Below, in pieces: positions 60,008 to 64,000 of a stretch of 64,000 nt of DNA. Position 1 is the stretch's first letter. Each line of letters starts with the position of its first letter. The stretch comes from an uncultured Eubacteriales bacterium (GTDB lineage Bacteria > Bacillota > Clostridia > Oscillospirales > CAG-272), in NCBI GenBank assembly GCA_900542425.1, contig UQNQ01000002.1, positions 44,843 to 108,842 on the forward strand, in the 5' to 3' direction. The position numbers and the translations under genes are program-made. A model generated the notes under the pieces. That model searched no databases, was not told where the DNA came from, and was given only the letters and a program-made list of their open reading frames with translations.

Positions 60008-61399
60008 ATGGAAAAAATGTGGGCGGGACGTTCGTCCGGCAAACTCGACCGCGCGGCGGACGATTTCAATTCTTCCATTCATTTCGATTCCCGAATGGCA
60101 AAACAGGACATCAAGGGTTCGATGGCGCATGCAGCTATGCTCGCCGCACAGGGAATTTTAAGTCAGGACGACTATCATAGGATTGCGAAAGGTCTTTCGG
60201 AAATTCTCACCGACCTTCAATCCGGCGCGCTCGCCATCGATATGAGCGCGGAAGATATTCATATGTTCATCGAGGCGGAGCTTACGCGCCGTCTCGGTGA
60301 TGTCGGAAAACGGCTGCATACCGCCCGTTCCCGCAACGATCAGGTCGCAACGGATTTGCGTCTCTATCTGCGGGACGAGACGGCGGAGATTATGAGAGCC
60401 CTGAGAGAACTCATCGCCGCCATTTATCAAAAGGCATCGGAAAATACCGATGTGATTCTGCCGGGATATACCCACCTCCAGCGCGCACAGCCCGTCACGT
60501 TCGCCCATCATCTGCTTGCCTATGCCATGATGTTCATTCGGGACGCGGGACGGCTTTCCGATGCTGTAAAAAGAATGAACGTCTCGCCGCTCGGAGCCTG
60601 TGCGCTTGCCGGTACGACTTATCCCATCGATCGTCAGATGACCGCGGCGGCACTCGGCTTCGACGGAGTCACACAAAACAGTATGGACAGCGTTTCCGAC
60701 CGCGATTTCTGCGTTGAACTGCTCTCCGCGTTTTCCCTTATCATGATGCATCTTTCCCGGTTTTCCGAGGAAATCATCCTCTGGTCCTCATGGGAATTTT
60801 CCTTTATCGAGCTTGATGACGCCTATACCACCGGTTCCAGCATTATGCCTCAGAAAAAGAATTCCGACATGGCGGAACTTGTCCGCGGCAAAACAGGGCG
60901 TGTCTACGGCGATTTGATCGGTACTCTTACCATGCTCAAAGGACTTCCCCTCGCCTACAACAAAGACATGCAGGAGGATAAGGAATCGATTTTTGACGGA
61001 TGTGACACTGTAAAAGCCTGTCTTTCTGTTTTTACACCTATGATTTCGACCATGCGGGTAAAAAAAGAACATATGAAAGAAGCGGCAGGACGCGGCTTTA
61101 TCAACGCTACGGATCTCGCTGATTATCTGACGAAAAAAGGAATGCCTTTCCGCAGTGCATATAAGCTTGTCGGAGAAATCGTCGCGAAATGCATCGCCGG
61201 CGGCAAAACGCTTGAAACCCTTTCCCTCTCGGAATATCAAACCTACAGCGAGCTTTTTGAAAATGATTTATATGAAGAAATTTCTCTGGAAACCTGCGTG
61301 AAAAAACGCGTCTCCGAAGGCGGACCGGGACCGGATTCCGTGAAAGAGCAGCTCCGTTATGTCGCTTGTTTCCTTGAAAAACCGGAGGGGTTGTCATGA
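60008..61399 (+). CDS. argH: argininosuccinate lyase
   Basis: Fumarate-lyase family with the GSSIMPQKKN signature. Confidence 0.95.
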   Translation: MEKMWAGRSSGKLDRAADDFNSSIHFDSRMAKQDIKGSMAHAAMLAAQGILSQDDYHRIAKGLSEILTDLQSGALAIDMSAEDIHMFIEAELTRRLGDVGKRLHTARSRNDQVATDLRLYLRDETAEIMRALRELIAAIYQKASENTDVILPGYTHLQRAQPVTFAHHLLAYAMMFIRDAGRLSDAVKRMNVSPLGACALAGTTYPIDRQMTAAALGFDGVTQNSMDSVSDRDFCVELLSAFSLIMMHLSRFSEEIILWSSWEFSFIELDDAYTTGSSIMPQKKNSDMAELVRGKTGRVYGDLIGTLTMLKGLPLAYNKDMQEDKESIFDGCDTVKACLSVFTPMISTMRVKKEHMKEAAGRGFINATDLADYLTKKGMPFRSAYKLVGEIVAKCIAGGKTLETLSLSEYQTYSELFENDLYEEISLETCVKKRVSEGGPGPDSVKEQLRYVACFLEKPEGLS

Positions 61400-62325
61400 A
61401 AAAAATCTTCATCGACGGCAGCGCCGGCACAACAGGTCTTCGAATCCGCGAACGGCTCGCAGAAAGAACGGATATCGAACTCATTACACTTCCCGAAAGT
61501 CTTCGCAAGGAGGAAGCCGCACGGCGCAGCGCACTCAATCATGCCGACGTTGCGTTTCTTTGTCTGCCGGATGATGCGGCGCGCGAAGCGGTAGGAATGA
61601 TCGAAAATCCGACTACTGTCGTTATCGACACCTCAACCGCACATCGAACAGCCCCGGATTTCGCTTACGGATTTCCGGAACTTTCACCGGATTTTGAAGC
61701 AAACATCCGGCATGCAAAGCGTATCGCCGTACCGGGCTGTCATGCAAGCGGCTTTATCGCGCTGGTATATCCGCTGATTAAAAGCGGCATTCTCTCGCCC
61801 TCATCTCGTCTTAGCTGTCACTCCGTTACCGGCTACAGCGGAGGCGGCAAAAAAATGATTGCGGAATACGAGGAGGCAGACAGAAACCCTCTCCTCTGCG
61901 CACCGCGGCAATACGCTCTCACGCAGGAGCACAAGCATCTGAAAGAGATGAAAGCCATCACGGGGCTTGACAAAGCTCCTGTTTTCTGTCCGATTGTATC
62001 GGATTTCTACAGCGGCATGCTGGTAACGGTGCCTCTTTTCGCAGAAGATCTTATAAATGCTTCTGTTTCGGATATCAAAGACATATACGCAAAATCCTAC
62101 GATACGCCCGTTGTGAGATATAGAGAATCCTCTGACGAAAACGGTTTTCTTTCCGCGGCAGGACTTTCCGGCCGTGACAGCATGGAAATCTCCGTATTTG
62201 GAAATGAAGAACGGATTCTGCTTGTCGCAAGATATGACAATCTCGGCAAAGGCGCATCCGGCGCAGCCGTGGAATGTCTGAACCTCGTGATGGGATGTGA
62301 TCCTACCACGGGACTTATTTTATAA
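61396..62325 (+). CDS. argC: N-acetyl-gamma-glutamyl-phosphate reductase (short, type 2 form)
   Basis: 309 aa with IDGSAGTTG NAD-binding opening and PGCHASG active-site Cys. It overlaps argH by 4 nt. Confidence 0.9.
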   Translation: MKKIFIDGSAGTTGLRIRERLAERTDIELITLPESLRKEEAARRSALNHADVAFLCLPDDAAREAVGMIENPTTVVIDTSTAHRTAPDFAYGFPELSPDFEANIRHAKRIAVPGCHASGFIALVYPLIKSGILSPSSRLSCHSVTGYSGGGKKMIAEYEEADRNPLLCAPRQYALTQEHKHLKEMKAITGLDKAPVFCPIVSDFYSGMLVTVPLFAEDLINASVSDIKDIYAKSYDTPVVRYRESSDENGFLSAAGLSGRDSMEISVFGNEERILLVARYDNLGKGASGAAVECLNLVMGCDPTTGLIL

Positions 62326-62404
62326 CTTTGAGAAATGATACCGCAACAGCGGAAAATTCTGATAGAATCGTTGCCGGCAAATTCCGGCGGAACGGAACCC
62401 CAAT

Positions 62405-63616
62405 ATGAAAACAATACCGGGCGGCGTATGTGCCGCAAAAGGCTTTACAGCAAACGGAATCCACTGCGGAATCCGAAAAAATAAACAAAAAAGGGATTTA
62501 TCTCTGATTTACAGTGAAAAAAGAGCAGCGGCGGCAGCAGTTTATACCACCAATCTTGTAAAAGGCGCGCCGCTTGCCGTTACAAAAACACATCTTGCCG
62601 ACGGATATGCCCAGGCGGTCATCTGTAACAGCGGAAACGCCAATACCTGCAATGCAAACGGTATGGAAATTGCCGAAGCCATGTGCACGCTTGTCTCAGA
62701 CAAGCTGGGAATCCCCTGCACTGACGTGATTGTCGCCTCGACCGGCGTCATCGGACAGCCGCTTGACATCACGCCGGTCGCGGACGGCATGGACGCGCTC
62801 GTCTCGGGACTTGGAAAAAACAGTGCAGCAGCAGCCGAGGGTATCATGACCACCGATACCGTAAAAAAAGAAATCGCCGTTTCCTTTGAAATCAATGGCA
62901 AATCCTGCACCATCGGCGGTATTGCGAAAGGTTCCGGCATGATTCACCCGAATATGGCGACCATGCTCGTTTTTCTTACGACGGATACTGCCATCTCTCC
63001 GAACATGCTGCAAAAAGCGCTCTCTACCGATATTCAGTCCACCTTTAACATGGTCAGCGTAGACGGCGATACCTCCACCAATGATATGGTGACGATTCTT
63101 GCAAACGGCATGGCAGGAAATCCCGAAATCACCGCCGAAGGAAAAGAATTTGACGCATTCATGAAAGCCCTCAACACTGTTACGGTCTATCTCTGCCGCA
63201 GCATCGCAGGAGATGGGGAGGGCGCGACAAAGCTCCTCGAATGCAAAGTTTGCGGCGCGGATTGCGAAAAGACGGCAAAAACCGTTGCGAAAAGTATTAT
63301 CTGCTCCTCTCTTACCAAAGCGGCCATGTTCGGTGCAGATGCAAACTGGGGGCGTATCCTCTGCGCGATCGGCTATAGCGGTGCGAATGTCGACGTATCG
63401 AAAATCGACGTATCGTTTTCTTCTGCCGCAGGAAAGATAAAAGTATGCGAAAACGGCGCAGGTATTCCCTTTTCCGAAGAAAACGCAAAAAAAATTCTGC
63501 TGGAAAAAGAGATTGATATTCTGATCGATCTCAAAAGCGGCTGCGGCAATGCTGTCGCATGGGGATGTGATCTGACATATGACTACGTAAAAATCAACGG
63601 AGATTACCGGACATAA
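62405..63616 (+). CDS. argJ: bifunctional ornithine acetyltransferase / N-acetylglutamate synthase
   Basis: ArgJ family with the self-cleavage site MATML(V) and full-length similarity. Confidence 0.93.
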   Translation: MKTIPGGVCAAKGFTANGIHCGIRKNKQKRDLSLIYSEKRAAAAAVYTTNLVKGAPLAVTKTHLADGYAQAVICNSGNANTCNANGMEIAEAMCTLVSDKLGIPCTDVIVASTGVIGQPLDITPVADGMDALVSGLGKNSAAAAEGIMTTDTVKKEIAVSFEINGKSCTIGGIAKGSGMIHPNMATMLVFLTTDTAISPNMLQKALSTDIQSTFNMVSVDGDTSTNDMVTILANGMAGNPEITAEGKEFDAFMKALNTVTVYLCRSIAGDGEGATKLLECKVCGADCEKTAKTVAKSIICSSLTKAAMFGADANWGRILCAIGYSGANVDVSKIDVSFSSAAGKIKVCENGAGIPFSEENAKKILLEKEIDILIDLKSGCGNAVAWGCDLTYDYVKINGDYRT

Positions 63617-63626
63617 AGGAGAAACC

Positions 63627-64000
63627 ATGGCACCAAATATCACCAACGCGCAGCGAGCCGAAATTTTAACACAGGCGCTGCCGTATATCCAAAAATACAA
63701 TGGCAAAATCGTTGTCGTCAAGTACGGCGGAAACGCAATGACAAGCGAAGACTTAAAGCAGCAGGTCATGGAAGACATTGTGCTCATGTCTCTTATCGGT
63801 GTAAAAATCGTACTTGTCCATGGCGGCGGTCCCGAAATTACGGAACTGCTTGGTAAAATCGGCAAGAAATCCGAATTCGTCGATGGCCTGCGCGTTACTG
63901 ACCGCGAAACCGTAGACGTTGTGCAAATGGTGCTCGCCGGGAAAATCAACAAAAGCCTTGTCAATCTTCTGGAAATGAAGGGAGGCAAGGCCATGGGAAT
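63627..64000 (+). CDS. argB: acetylglutamate kinase, 5' part (runs off the window)
   Basis: ATG at 63627 follows AAGGAGA. The sequence reads MAPNITNAQRAEILTQALPYIQKYNGKIVVVKYGGNAM...LVHGGGPEI. Confidence 0.9.
   Translation, partial: MAPNITNAQRAEILTQALPYIQKYNGKIVVVKYGGNAMTSEDLKQQVMEDIVLMSLIGVKIVLVHGGGPEITELLGKIGKKSEFVDGLRVTDRETVDVVQMVLAGKINKSLVNLLEMKGGKAMG

Noticed and set aside
62696-63994. 432-aa ORF antisense to argJ/argB
   Set aside because: It lies entirely opposite two well-supported arginine genes, resembles no family I recognise, and is Arg/Cys/Phe-rich as expected for antisense translation. The same reasoning applies to the antisense ORFs at 2242..3282, 13992..14993, 16795..17769, 25868..26899 and 59035..59886.

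Overview
This window looks like chromosome from a spore-forming Firmicute of the Clostridia type. That reading rests on gene content (spoVFA/spoVFB, ytvI, an M50 site-2 protease, a YaaH/SleL-type spore hydrolase) and on Firmicute leader RNAs. Most of the window is ordinary, densely packed, mainly minus-strand housekeeping DNA. From left to right it carries: rpmF-yceD, leuS, rsfS, an LCP protein, yqeK-nadD-yhbY, rdgB, ftsY-smc-rnc-plsX, topA-dprA, and rplT-rpmI-infC with an L20-type leader. Next come upp, a pseudouridine synthase, mtaB, a DD-carboxypeptidase and dipicolinate synthase. These are followed by a Wzz-like/ABC/DUF1854/ABC operon, a Mn riboswitch with mntP, a cyclophilin, a seven-gene lysine (DapL pathway) operon behind a lysine riboswitch, and argGHCJB behind tandem ARG boxes. 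The standout is at 42.8-50.2 kb. A YaaH/SleL-type gene (2x LysM plus GH18) is cut in two by a 6,142-bp insertion flanked by a perfect 12-bp direct repeat (CCTATGAATGGG). Removing one repeat copy and the intervening DNA in silico rejoins the halves in frame into a 428-aa protein. The insertion carries a large serine recombinase at one end, an XRE repressor-like gene at the other, a 62-aa orphan ORF, a BclA-like collagen-repeat protein and a full-length mutY. I interpret it as a skin/SPbeta-like intervening element that may be excised in the mother cell; this is a hypothesis, not shown by the sequence. I found no rRNA, tRNA or CRISPR array.
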